From Verrucomicrobiota bacterium (GTDB taxonomy: Bacteria; Verrucomicrobiota; Verrucomicrobiia; Limisphaerales; Palsa-1400): DNA of 27,274 bases. Position 1 is the first letter of the stretch, and every line of letters starts with the position of its first letter. Location of the stretch: contig JBEKYR010000059.1 of the NCBI GenBank assembly GCA_049510745.1, positions 1 to 27,274 on the forward strand. Direction: 5' to 3'. Under the pieces are notes generated by a model. The model worked only from the letters and a program-made list of their open reading frames with translations, was not told the origin of the DNA and did no database searches. Positions 1 to 8,982 of this stretch are shown here, in pieces. Made by a program: the position numbers and the translations under genes.

Positions 1-128
1 TCCTCGGTCAACTCGGAGATCGGACAACTGAAATGCTGCCAGATGCCGAAGGTATCGACGAATTTCACATCGAACATTTTGGCCCCCTCTTTGAGGGCCT
101 TCTCTATTACGCTCTTGGGTGTATTCAT
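1..128 (-). CDS. glnA: Glutamine synthetase type I, 5' end (partial, runs off the window)
   Basis: Manual translation from the ATG at 128 gives MNTPKSVIEKALKEGAKMFDVKFVDTFGIWQHFSCPISELTE, matching the GSI N-terminal D-x-K-F-x-D...G-x-W-Q-H motif. It lies directly downstream of amtB. Not in the ORF track. Confidence 0.88.
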   Translation of the reverse strand, partial: MNTPKSVIEKALKEGAKMFDVKFVDTFGIWQHFSCPISELTE

Positions 129-162
129 TCTTGTATCATTTTCTGTTTTTTATGCTCAGGTT

Positions 163-222
163 AAAAACACGCCGTCGCGCTAAGTGCGTCTCTCGTCCAC
201 AATTATTGGCGCAACGGCGCGC
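163..222 (-). other. GC-rich stem-loop between amtB and glnA followed by a U-run (possible terminator/attenuator or stabiliser)
   Basis: Arms 167-180 and 209-222 pair over 14 nt with G-U pairs, around a 28-nt loop. TTTT follows on the minus strand. Confidence 0.5.
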
Positions 223-226
223 CGAA

Positions 227-1714
227 TCAGCCGTGATAGCCTTCCTCCCCGTGCTCGGCCAGATCGAGGCCAACGCTCTCCACTTCCTCCGAGGGACGAA
301 GGCCGACAACGGCCTTGACGATGAACGCAATCACGGTCGTGCCCGCAACGGCCAGGACGAGGGTGACGCCGATGGCTTTGAGTTGCTCGAAAACCAGCGG
401 TTGCAAAGGAGAATCGGTGACAAAGTTCTTGAGGTTGGTGACCAGGTTTCCATTGGCGGCGTTGCGGGCCAATACGCCGGTGAGCAGGGCGCCGAGAGTG
501 CCGCCCACGGCGTGGACTCCGAAGGTGTCCAGCGCGTCGTCGTATCCGAACCAGCCCTTGACTTTGAAGCAGAAGAACCACGGGACCAGGCCCGCGAAAA
601 TCCCGATGATCACGCCGCCGGTCGGCGTGACAAATCCGCAGGCCGGAGTGATGACCACCAAGCCGGCCACAGCGCCGGAACAGAAACCGAGGACGCTCGG
701 TTTGCCGCGGGCGATCCACTCGGCCATCGGCCAGACGAAGGAAGCGACGGCGGTGGCGAGCGTGGTGGTGGTGAAGGCGTTGGCGGCGATGACGTCGGCG
801 GCCACGGCGCTGCCGGCGTTGAACCCGTACCAGCCGACCCAGAGCATTCCGGTGCCGACCATGCAAAGGGTCATGCTGTGCGGGCTGAAGTTTTCTTTGC
901 CAAAGCCGGCGCGCTTGCCCAGAATCAAGCACAGCACCAGGGCGGACCAGCCCGAAGTCATGTGGACGACCGTGCCGCCGGCGAAGTCGATGGCGTGAAT
1001 TTTTGCGTCGGGATTGAAGACGCCGTTCATCATGCCGTCAATGCCCCAGATCATGTGGGCTTGGGGAAAGTAAACGACAAACATCCACAGCACCATGAAC
1101 AAGAAGATGGCGGCGAATTTCATCCGCTCGGCGATGGCGCCGATAATCAACGCCGGGGTGATGATGGCAAACATCAATTGGTACATGGCGAAGACATTTT
1201 GGGAAACCCAGAAGGAGTAATCTCCGTTGGGGCTGGAATCGACGTTGTTGAGAAAGGCGAATCCCAAGTCGCCCAGGAACCTGTTGCCGTGGTGGAAGAC
1301 CAGGCTGTAGCCGCAGACGTACCAGAGGATGGTCACCACGCCCGTGATCAAAAAGCACTGGGCCATGACGGACAGGACATTCTTGCGGCGGACCAAACCG
1401 CCGTAAAACAAGGCCAGGCCGGGCAAAGTCATGAACAGCACCAGGGCCGCGGAGGTCATTTGCCAGGCATTGGGGCCGGGGCCGGGATTGGGCGTGAACG
1501 AGTTGGCTTTTTCATCGTAGGCGCCCAGGTTGGAGCTGACATTGTTGGTGTTGTCAGCCACGCGCGCCCCGTTGTTAACGTAAGCCTCCAAATCCGCCAC
1601 GCGCTGCTCCAGCGTGGGCGCGGCTCGTTTCGGAACGACGCCGGCGGCATGAGCCGCGGGTCCGGTGATGAGGGAGGCTGTTAAGAGTGCGAAGATAAGA
1701 ATCGTTGTTTTCAT
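227..1714 (-). CDS. amtB: Ammonium transporter (Amt family) with signal peptide and N-terminal extension
   Basis: Motifs FMTLPGLALFYGG, AIAERMKF, DFAGGTVVH, WYGFNAGS, DDALDTFGVH (twin His) and GLDLAEHGE. Multiple TM helices; adjacent to a P-II gene. Confidence 0.97.
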   Translation of the reverse strand: MKTTILIFALLTASLITGPAAHAAGVVPKRAAPTLEQRVADLEAYVNNGARVADNTNNVSSNLGAYDEKANSFTPNPGPGPNAWQMTSAALVLFMTLPGLALFYGGLVRRKNVLSVMAQCFLITGVVTILWYVCGYSLVFHHGNRFLGDLGFAFLNNVDSSPNGDYSFWVSQNVFAMYQLMFAIITPALIIGAIAERMKFAAIFLFMVLWMFVVYFPQAHMIWGIDGMMNGVFNPDAKIHAIDFAGGTVVHMTSGWSALVLCLILGKRAGFGKENFSPHSMTLCMVGTGMLWVGWYGFNAGSAVAADVIAANAFTTTTLATAVASFVWPMAEWIARGKPSVLGFCSGAVAGLVVITPACGFVTPTGGVIIGIFAGLVPWFFCFKVKGWFGYDDALDTFGVHAVGGTLGALLTGVLARNAANGNLVTNLKNFVTDSPLQPLVFEQLKAIGVTLVLAVAGTTVIAFIVKAVVGLRPSEEVESVGLDLAEHGEEGYHG

Positions 1715-1758
1715 AAGGGATCAAATTTTGGGAATCCAGATTGACAGAGGTCTGATTT

Positions 1759-2097
<339 letters not shown>

Positions 2098-2142
2098 TTA
2101 GGTGACAAGCTATGGGCGTTCATAAATGGACGGGGTCATGTA

Positions 2143-2158
2143 AGCAAAGCCGATGCCA
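2143..2158 (-). promoter_or_regulatory. Sigma54 (-24/-12) promoter of glnK-amtB-glnA
   Basis: Minus strand TGGCATCGGCTTTGCT gives GG-N10-GC, matching TGGCAC-N5-TTGCW, ~45 bp upstream of the P-II start. Confidence 0.8.
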
Positions 2159-2320
2159 TTGGAGGGTAAAGAATCGACGCAAAAGTCGTAAGCGGCTTGT
2201 AATAAGGATGATACAAATAGTCGGAAAACGGCTGGAAGGCCGGATTCGATGTCATTTTCTATCCAAGCTGGATAAAATGCCACCTTTTGAAAACGAGGCG
2301 GCGAAAGGAGGCCCAGGCTC

Positions 2321-3049
2321 TCAACTCATTGGGCCTGCGGCGCGCGCGAAATTGACGGAATCCTTGATGCGCTTGTTGTCGGCGCGAATGCGGGCGGCGA
2401 GCGTCTTGCTGATGGAAAAAAGGATGGGAGCGGACAATTCAGGCGCTTCGCGGCGCAGCTTGTCAAAGGCTTCGGTGGTGATTTTCAACAGGACGCTTTC
2501 CTTGTTGGCGATGACATCGGCCGAACGCGGCCCCTGGTCGAAGAGGGCGATTTCCCCGAAGCATTCGCCCGGGCCGAGAGTGGCGAGGGTTGTTTCCTTG
2601 CCGCCGATCAACAGCCGGACGCGCAATTCGCCGTCGAGCACCAGATACATTCCATCGTCGGGGTCGCCTTGTTTGACAATTTGAGCCCATTGGCGGACGG
2701 ATTGCGACTCCATGAAGGCCATAAAGCGGGCCAACTGATCGTCGTTCAAATCGGCCAGGGCTTTGACCCGGCGCAACATGCCCGGGGTGATGCCGGATTT
2801 GCCGACGAGGGGGGCGGACTCGGCGGCGGGCGCGGCGGCGTCGCTCTTCTTGCGGAAAAAGAGTTGCAACTCCGGCAGGCTGGAGGCCTTGCGCCAGCGG
2901 TCGTTCTGGCCATCGAAGACCCAGGTATCCGCCAGTACGCGCTCGTCCTTCACCCAGCCAATCAGGATGGGCAATTCCACCGGGCCATAGACAACGTTGT
3001 CAGCGGCCCAGATGCTATAGGCGACAATTTGGTTTGGTTCGGCAGCCAC
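2321..3049 (-). CDS. Cyclic-nucleotide-binding domain protein with N-terminal GYF_2/DUF4339-like domain; no HTH
   Basis: N-terminal YGPVEL...W...RVLADTWV...W and a phosphate-binding cassette FGEIALFDQGPRSADV. Start moved to the GTG at 3049 because the longer ORF runs through the porin terminator. Confidence 0.8.
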   Translation of the reverse strand: MAAEPNQIVAYSIWAADNVVYGPVELPILIGWVKDERVLADTWVFDGQNDRWRKASSLPELQLFFRKKSDAAAPAAESAPLVGKSGITPGMLRRVKALADLNDDQLARFMAFMESQSVRQWAQIVKQGDPDDGMYLVLDGELRVRLLIGGKETTLATLGPGECFGEIALFDQGPRSADVIANKESVLLKITTEAFDKLRREAPELSAPILFSISKTLAARIRADNKRIKDSVNFARAAGPMS

Positions 3050-3086
3050 GTGTTCTGTATAGCATGACAAAGCCGGAAGGAAAGAG

Positions 3087-3123
3087 AAAAAACAAAACCC
3101 CTCCCGGTTTCCCGGAAGGGGCT
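3087..3123 (-). terminator. Rho-independent terminator of the porin gene
   Basis: Minus strand CCCCTTCCGG-GAAA-CCGGGAGGGG followed by TTTTGTTTTTT, ~20 bp after the porin stop. Confidence 0.85.
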
Positions 3124-3142
3124 GGAATCGAATTTGGGTCAA

Positions 3143-4321
3143 TTAGAACTTGTAGATCACGTTGGCCGCGACCAGCACTTCGTTCCTCTTGTCGGCTACG
3201 CCACCGTTATAGGCGCCGCCGCCGAACGGAGTCGTGTTGTCAGCCGCATGGTCCCAACGGACTTCGAGCCTGCTGATGACGTTGGCCCACAGGTCGTACT
3301 GCAGGGTTCCGGTCGCGGCAAGAACCTTGTTGAACGGATGGGTGGGTATGGAGGCCCCGCCGGCGGTTGACATCGCGCCCAATGCGTTCCCATCGGCATA
3401 TTCGCCGCGGCCGTAGATCGCGAGCTTGTCGGTCAGCTTGTAAGAGACATAGCCGGCGTACGCCGCGAAATATCCCGTATCCACCCCGGCCACGTCCAGG
3501 TGCTCGATGGCATCATAGGAAGCGCCAAAGGTGAGGTCCTTGACCGGCGTGTTGAGGACGGCGCCGACGTACACTTCGCGTCTGTCTTGGTTCGCGATGC
3601 CCGGGCCGAGGTCGAAGCCAGCGTAAAGGGCCGAGCCTTTGAAGTCGCCCCAACTGTCGGGAGCCGTCAATGTGAGCAAACTGACGAATGCCTTTTTGCT
3701 TTCCGCGCCCACACGAGTGTTCGCACCATAGGTCGTTACCGTATTGGCAACACCGGCCTGAAGGCTGATGGTGTCGCAAAACTTGTAGCTGCCCAGCAAA
3801 CCGGTGTGTTCGGTCGGCTCGACCGAGTAGCCGTAAGAACGGGTCCAGTTCGGGTCTTTATAACTGTCACTGGTTTCGTACCCGAGTATGTTGTCCCAAC
3901 GGCCCAATTGCCAGTCGATGCCATTGCCCACCGGCATGTGCAACGCGACAAAGGCCTGGCGAATCGGGTAGGTGCCGGCGCCATCAATGAGTTTGGCATC
4001 CGGGCCATAGTTCAATTCGGCGGTGTAACCGGCGGACCATCCGCTTTCGTCCTGGGGCTTGCTGATTTTGATATCGACGGAATCGACGTTGAAGCCGTCT
4101 TGTTTTCCTGCGTTGAAGGCATAGGGCGCGGGGTTCGCGTTTCCTGTGCCAGGGTTCCATACAGCCGAAGTGTCCACATAACCACTGATGGTGGTCGCTG
4201 ACAATGCTGTCAGCACGGGAACTTGCTGCGGCGCGGCTGCCGGCGTCTGAGCCAGAAGCGCTGGCGAAAGGGTGATCAGCCCTGAGGCTGCCAACCCAAG
4301 TGTCCATTTTTCTATTTTCAT
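3143..4321 (-). CDS. Outer-membrane beta-barrel porin (putative beta-barrel porin-2/OmpL-like, DUF1597-type)
   Basis: Signal peptide; ISGYVD, GRWDNILGYE, EPTEHTG, RLEVRWD; C-terminal YKF aromatic terminus; AGGAGG RBS at 4325-4330. Confidence 0.85.
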   Translation of the reverse strand: MKIEKWTLGLAASGLITLSPALLAQTPAAAPQQVPVLTALSATTISGYVDTSAVWNPGTGNANPAPYAFNAGKQDGFNVDSVDIKISKPQDESGWSAGYTAELNYGPDAKLIDGAGTYPIRQAFVALHMPVGNGIDWQLGRWDNILGYETSDSYKDPNWTRSYGYSVEPTEHTGLLGSYKFCDTISLQAGVANTVTTYGANTRVGAESKKAFVSLLTLTAPDSWGDFKGSALYAGFDLGPGIANQDRREVYVGAVLNTPVKDLTFGASYDAIEHLDVAGVDTGYFAAYAGYVSYKLTDKLAIYGRGEYADGNALGAMSTAGGASIPTHPFNKVLAATGTLQYDLWANVISRLEVRWDHAADNTTPFGGGAYNGGVADKRNEVLVAANVIYKF

Positions 4322-4413
4322 GTTCCTCCTGCGATGTTTCAGTTTAATCGTTTTTCATGCCGGTGGGGTAAAAACAGTTCACCCCACACACCAAAAACGG
4401 TGCATTAGGGCGC

Positions 4414-4442
4414 ACAATAGGCAATCGGCCAAGGTTTGACAA
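4414..4442 (-). promoter_or_regulatory. Putative sigma70-type promoter of the porin gene
   Basis: TTGTCA-N17-TATTGT on the minus strand. Confidence 0.5.
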
Positions 4443-4486
4443 CAAGTTTTTTTCATTATTTCAGGGGTTTTTGCCAAGAAATGTTG

Positions 4487-4499
4487 CAACTGATTGATT
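4487..4499 (-). promoter_or_regulatory. IHF-consensus site upstream of the porin promoter
   Basis: AATCAATCAGTTG is an exact match to WATCAANNNNTTR, in an AT-rich intergenic region. Confidence 0.45.
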
Positions 4500-4629
4500 G
4501 TTAGACATTTAAGATTGTTCTTTGAAACTTGCGGCATTGGTAGGTCGAAGGACGCTTTTTTCCAGAAGCAGGCCTGAATTTATACAATATACAGTATGAT
4601 AACTGGTCTGTGCCTCAGCCGGTTGTGGT

Positions 4630-5574
4630 TTAGAAAACCGCTGGCACTCCTTCCTGCAAAACCCGCAAACGGTGGCTCAGTCCGTGAGTTTCCGCCAATT
4701 CCCTCAACCACCGCAGCGGTTCGTCGAGGTCTTCAAAGGACAATTTGAAGGTGCCATAGTGCATCGGCATCAGCCATTTGGCCTTGAGGTCCGCGAAAGC
4801 CTTGATCGCCTCGTCGGGTCCCATGTGGACGTGCCGAAAGGAATCCGGATAATAAGCGCCGATGGGCAGCATGGCGATTTCCGGCGGGCAGGTGCGGCCG
4901 ATTTCCTTGAAGCCGGGAAAGTAGGCGCTGTCTCCCGCGTGGTAAAGGCGGCGGCCCTGGTGTTCGATGAGGAAACCGCCGTAGCCCCGGTGGTCGTCCC
5001 GCAACACGCGCGCCCCCCAGTGCTGGGAAGGCGTCAGCGTGACCCGCCAGCCGCCGTGCGAAAAACTCTCCCACCATTGCAGCTCGATGATGCGCTCGAA
5101 GCCCAGGTCGGCCGCCAGGTCGCCCATTCCCCAAGGCATGACGCCGATTTTTGGCGCGGGCAGCTTGCGCAAGGTCGGTCGATGAAAATGATCGAAGTGG
5201 GCATGGGTCAAAAGCACAACATCGATGGGCGGCAAATCCCGCAGTTTCAATCCCGCGCGCCGGAGGCGTTTGAGCAGAAAGAGCCAGTTGGCGAAGTTGG
5301 GATCGATGAGCAGATTCAGATCGGTGAACTGCGCCAGGAACGAGGCGTGGCCGATCCACGTCAGCGCCACCTGGCCGTGGGCCAGCTTCGGAAAGCGCGG
5401 GCGCACGTTTTCCCCGGTGCGCGGCGTCAGGAGCGCCTTCCAGACGATCTCGTAAAAGAAAGTGCGCGGATTGAAGTGTTTGCTCGGCGTCAGGTCTTTG
5501 AACGAACGCGGCAGTGGTCTGCGCCGCCCCGGCCCCCTGGCTTTGGCCGGCAATCCAAACTCGTCTTTGCGCAT
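4630..5574 (-). CDS. MBL-fold metallo-hydrolase (NAPE-PLD/RomA-like)
   Basis: TWIGHAS, LIDP, THAHFDH (HxHxDH), PSQHW, YHAGDS, LPIGAY, HMGP, PMHYGTF. Confidence 0.92.
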   Translation of the reverse strand: MRKDEFGLPAKARGPGRRRPLPRSFKDLTPSKHFNPRTFFYEIVWKALLTPRTGENVRPRFPKLAHGQVALTWIGHASFLAQFTDLNLLIDPNFANWLFLLKRLRRAGLKLRDLPPIDVVLLTHAHFDHFHRPTLRKLPAPKIGVMPWGMGDLAADLGFERIIELQWWESFSHGGWRVTLTPSQHWGARVLRDDHRGYGGFLIEHQGRRLYHAGDSAYFPGFKEIGRTCPPEIAMLPIGAYYPDSFRHVHMGPDEAIKAFADLKAKWLMPMHYGTFKLSFEDLDEPLRWLRELAETHGLSHRLRVLQEGVPAVF

Positions 5575-5818
5575 GGCTTAGTTCTAACGCCAATTGGAAA
5601 AAAACTCAAACCTTCACCCGCCCGGAGGCGCGATTGAAGCCGCCGGTCAATTTCCGGCACGGCGCGGCCGCGCCGCCCCGAGGCAAAGGCGCGCGCCGTT
5701 GAAAATTCAGTTCTTGGCCCCAAAAAAACAACAGCCAAACAGGAGCGTCCGCCGTCAGTGCTTGCGGCCAAACTTGCAAATCAGAGCGCCCGGCGGCTAC
5801 TGTGGGCGCTTGCCGAAT

Positions 5819-6139
5819 ATGAAGATGCGCGCGCCCCGCCCCGAAGGTTTGCCGGCCCTATGCTTGACGATTTTGGTTGCCGGCTCACCGCAGCGCGGGG
5901 CCGCCGCCGAAAGCGCGGCGGGGCCGACACGCAGGGAACGGAGAGCGCAACAAAAACGCGAATTGGCGCCGTTCCAGGTGACGATCCGCAAACAATTCAG
6001 CGGCCCGATCAAAACCGTCGAGTGTCTTTCGCCGGAGTGGGACGATCCGTTGCCGGTGGCGTTTCGGGAATCCGCGGACAAGGTGGTCTTCACCGTTCCA
6101 GCCTTCAGTCGCTACGCTCTGGTGGTCATCACGCAGTAA
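5819..6139 (+). CDS. Small hypothetical protein, possibly an internally deleted remnant of a secreted enzyme
   Basis: Signal-like N-terminus (ATG 5819) joined to a beta-rich tail (VECLSPEWDDPLPVAF...FTVPAFSRYALVVI). Stops 6 bp before the next gene. Confidence 0.4.
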   Translation: MKMRAPRPEGLPALCLTILVAGSPQRGAAAESAAGPTRRERRAQQKRELAPFQVTIRKQFSGPIKTVECLSPEWDDPLPVAFRESADKVVFTVPAFSRYALVVITQ

Positions 6140-6145
6140 GGAAAT

Positions 6146-8233
6146 GTGACGCATAGACTCGATGACGTTCGTGACGGCGCCCGTGATCTCTGGCGCGCGA
6201 TGGCGGCGGTGAACAGCCGCTGGCGCCTCAGCCTTGGCGTACTGGCGCTCATTGTCTTGGTGCTGGCCGCCTACCGCCCGCTTTTGCCGGGGAGTTTTTT
6301 GATGGATGACCGGCGGTTGGTGGAAAGCGACAATCCCCTGGTGAACGGGCAGGCGGGTCCGCTGTCGATTTGGTTCCAGACTGATTTCGCGCTTTCGACC
6401 TTTGCCTTTTGGGTGGAATGGCTGGCGTGGGGCAACAACCCCGCAGGCTACCACGCCGTCAACCTGGCGCTGCAGGCGCTCAGCGCGGTGCTGGTCTGGC
6501 GTGTGCTGGCGCGGCTGAAAATCCCGGGCGCGTGGCTGGCGGCGGGGATTTTTGCGGTTCATCCGGTCTGTGTGGCCACGGTGGGGCGGATTGCCGAATT
6601 GAAGAATGCGCTGTCGCTGCCCTTCTTTCTCCTGAGCTTTTGGTGTTACCTCCGCTACGAGGCCGGCTCGCCGGGTTCCGCCGGCGAGGAACAAAAGGGC
6701 GCGCTGTGGTTGGGCAGTTCGCTCGCGGCCTTCGTGCTGGCGCTGCTGGCCAAAACTACGACGGTTATGCTGCCCGTGCTGCTGCTGGGGTGCGCGGCCT
6801 GGCAACGCGGGCGCGTCACGCGGCGGGATTTGCTGCGTGCCAGCCCCTATTTCGTCCTCGCGGCAGCCTTTGGGTTGATGTCGGTCTGGTTTCAAAAACA
6901 CCAGGCCCTGGCGGACGCGACACTGGCGTCGCACAGTTTTTGGGACCGGCTGGCCTTCGAGCGTCAAAGGATAGATGACCTGGCTTCACTGGCGCCGCGC
7001 AGTTTTTGGGAGCGGCTGGCCCTGGCGGGGCGGGTTTTCTGGTTTTATCTCGGCAAGGCGCTATGGCCCGTGAATTTGAACTTGGTCTATCCGCAATGGA
7101 AAGTCGATTCGGCCTCGCCGGCGGCGTATGTCCTGGTCGCGCTCTTCTGCGCGACGGTTCTGGTCTGCTGGCGGTTCCGGCGGAGCTGGGGGCGGCATGT
7201 CCTGTTCGGGCTGGGATGTTTTGCCGTCGCCCTGTTTCCGGCGCTGGGCTTCTTCGATGCGCAATTCTTGACAAGATGGCAGGTTTCGGACCATCTCCAA
7301 TATCTGCCCTTGATTGCGCCGGTGGCGCTGGCGGCGGCGGGCATGGCTTCCCTGCCGGGCGCGGCCTTGTTCCGAGGCGTGGCCGCCGCCGTGGTTCTTT
7401 GGCTCTCGGTGTTGGCCTTTGACCGCGCGCGGGTTTTCTCCACGGAGGAAGGATTGTTTCGGGACACGCTGGCGCGCAATCCGACGGCCTGGGGCGTGCA
7501 AAACGATCTGGGGGCGGTGCTGGCGGGCCGGGGCGCCCATGCCGAAGCCAGGGATCATTTCGAAGCCGCACTGCGCTCCAACCCGGACTATCCCGACGCC
7601 CAAGTGAACCTCGGCCGGATCCTGCTGATGCAAGGGCAGATCGAGGAGGCGGAAGAACACTTTCTGGCGGCGCTCAAGACGCAGCCGCATAATCCGGAGG
7701 CACACCGCAGCCTCGGGACCATCCTGGCCCGGCAGGGGAAACCCGGGCAGGCGCTCCGCCATCTGTTGGTGGCTTTGTGTTTCAAGCCGGACAATCGAAC
7801 GCGCCTGGACTGCGCCACGCTGCTGCGCCAAACGGGCAATTACGCCGGGGCGGCGGCTCAATTCCGCCAAGTCCTCCAGGTGCAACCCGACTCGGTGGAA
7901 GCGCTTAACAATCTGGCCTGGCTGCTCGCCACCTGCCCGGACGAGACGGTGCGCAACGGAGCCGAAGCGGTGCGTTGCGCCGAGCGGGCCTCACGTCTGC
8001 CGCAGGAAAAGGGGATGTGTGTCATGGGCACGCTGGCGGCCGCTTACGCCGAGGCGGGACGATTCAAAGAGGCCATCGCCACCGCGGAAAAGGCGGTGGA
8101 GACGGAAACCGCCGCCGGTGAAACGCGCTTTGCGGCCCTCAACACGCAACTGCTGACGTTCTATCGCGCCGGCCAACCCTGGCACGAACCACCGCCCCGA
8201 CCAAGAGATCCGTCCAGCATCGACGGAGACTGA
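6146..8233 (+). CDS. TMTC-like membrane protein: GT-C-fold multi-TM domain plus C-terminal TPRs
   Basis: Loop-1 FLMDD acidic motif; YHAVNLAL, FAVHPV, LAK, DHLQYLP; then several TPRs and ALNNLAWLLATCP. Confidence 0.85.
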   Translation: MTHRLDDVRDGARDLWRAMAAVNSRWRLSLGVLALIVLVLAAYRPLLPGSFLMDDRRLVESDNPLVNGQAGPLSIWFQTDFALSTFAFWVEWLAWGNNPAGYHAVNLALQALSAVLVWRVLARLKIPGAWLAAGIFAVHPVCVATVGRIAELKNALSLPFFLLSFWCYLRYEAGSPGSAGEEQKGALWLGSSLAAFVLALLAKTTTVMLPVLLLGCAAWQRGRVTRRDLLRASPYFVLAAAFGLMSVWFQKHQALADATLASHSFWDRLAFERQRIDDLASLAPRSFWERLALAGRVFWFYLGKALWPVNLNLVYPQWKVDSASPAAYVLVALFCATVLVCWRFRRSWGRHVLFGLGCFAVALFPALGFFDAQFLTRWQVSDHLQYLPLIAPVALAAAGMASLPGAALFRGVAAAVVLWLSVLAFDRARVFSTEEGLFRDTLARNPTAWGVQNDLGAVLAGRGAHAEARDHFEAALRSNPDYPDAQVNLGRILLMQGQIEEAEEHFLAALKTQPHNPEAHRSLGTILARQGKPGQALRHLLVALCFKPDNRTRLDCATLLRQTGNYAGAAAQFRQVLQVQPDSVEALNNLAWLLATCPDETVRNGAEAVRCAERASRLPQEKGMCVMGTLAAAYAEAGRFKEAIATAEKAVETETAAGETRFAALNTQLLTFYRAGQPWHEPPPRPRDPSSIDGD
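6921..7021 (+). repeat. In-frame 35-bp direct repeat around a 31-bp unique insert (period 66)
   Basis: 6921-6955 vs 6987-7021 match at 32/35; protein LASHSFWDRLA...LAPRSFWERLA. Confidence 0.85.
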
Positions 8234-8277
8234 TCCTGACGTGCAACGCAATGGACTTGAAGCCGGGCCGAAACAGT

Positions 8278-8300
8278 TGTAATACTATCACCGTATGACA
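8278..8300. promoter_or_regulatory. Putative autoregulatory operator of the TA operon
   Basis: Inverted repeat TGTAATAC-N7-GTATGACA overlapping the antitoxin ATG (8295). Confidence 0.55.
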
Positions 8301-8519
8301 GACATACTGACTATCCGGCTGGATCGTGAGGAGAAAAGGGCCGTGCAACGGCTGGCCGGAAAATCCGGGGCCAGCCAGTGGGTCAGAGGATTGATTCGGG
8401 CGCAACTTCGCTCGCATCCGAAGGCTTTTCTGGCGGCTCACAAGCAATGGCTGGCCGCGCACGGCGAACCGGCCGACCAGCGCGCCATCCTGGGATGGTT
8501 CCGGAAGAACCGGCGATGA
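8295..8519 (+). CDS. Antitoxin, ribbon-helix-helix/CopG-like (VapB-type)
   Basis: 74 aa; LTIRLD...L.RLA...SQWVRGLI RHH pattern; ATGA overlap with the PIN gene. Confidence 0.75.
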   Translation: MTDILTIRLDREEKRAVQRLAGKSGASQWVRGLIRAQLRSHPKAFLAAHKQWLAAHGEPADQRAILGWFRKNRR

Positions 8520-8980
8520 AGCCGTTTGCCGACACCAATTGGCTTTCGTTTTACTACCTCCGGGCGGGTCCGCTGCATGAGATTTGCCTGGGCCGGATGG
8601 AGCGGCATGAGGTGCCGCTTCACATCAGTCCGCCGGTGCTTTATGAGGCAAAGGCCGTTTTCCCCAGGATTATAGGCAAGGCCAACCCCGCGGCGCTGGC
8701 GAAATTGATGTCGGATTTTGGCGACAGCGTGATTTTTCACCCGCTGGATTGGGAGTTATTGGAGAAGGCAGGCGCCGAATTGCTGGCGAAATACGCCCAT
8801 AAATCCGAGATCGGCGCGTTGGATTCACTGATTGTCGCCTCCGCGGTAGTGCTTGGATGCGACTGGTTTTACAGCTTTGACACGGGCAGCAACGCGCGTG
8901 CCTTGGCGGCGGCGTGCAAGTTGACGGTTTTTCCTGATCTGACCGCGGAGGATAAAGCGCGCATGGCAGAGTTGCGTTGA
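8516..8980 (+). CDS. vapC: PIN-domain toxin (VapC-like)
   Basis: Start at ATG 8516 (MKPFADTNWL). Acidic PIN residues in ADTN, VLYE, ALDSLIVASA and SFD; 154 aa. Confidence 0.85.
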   Translation: MKPFADTNWLSFYYLRAGPLHEICLGRMERHEVPLHISPPVLYEAKAVFPRIIGKANPAALAKLMSDFGDSVIFHPLDWELLEKAGAELLAKYAHKSEIGALDSLIVASAVVLGCDWFYSFDTGSNARALAAACKLTVFPDLTAEDKARMAELR

Positions 8981-8982
8981 CT

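Noticed and set aside
119..1684. 521-aa plus-strand ORF and the many other long antisense or alternate-frame ORFs across the window
   Set aside because: Shadow ORFs of GC-rich genes; they overlap well-supported genes and have no recognisable motifs.
4387..4404. NtrC-like box CACC-AAAAAC-GGTGCA upstream of the porin
   Set aside because: The spacing is one base too long, the left half-site is poor, and no sigma54 site was found for this gene.
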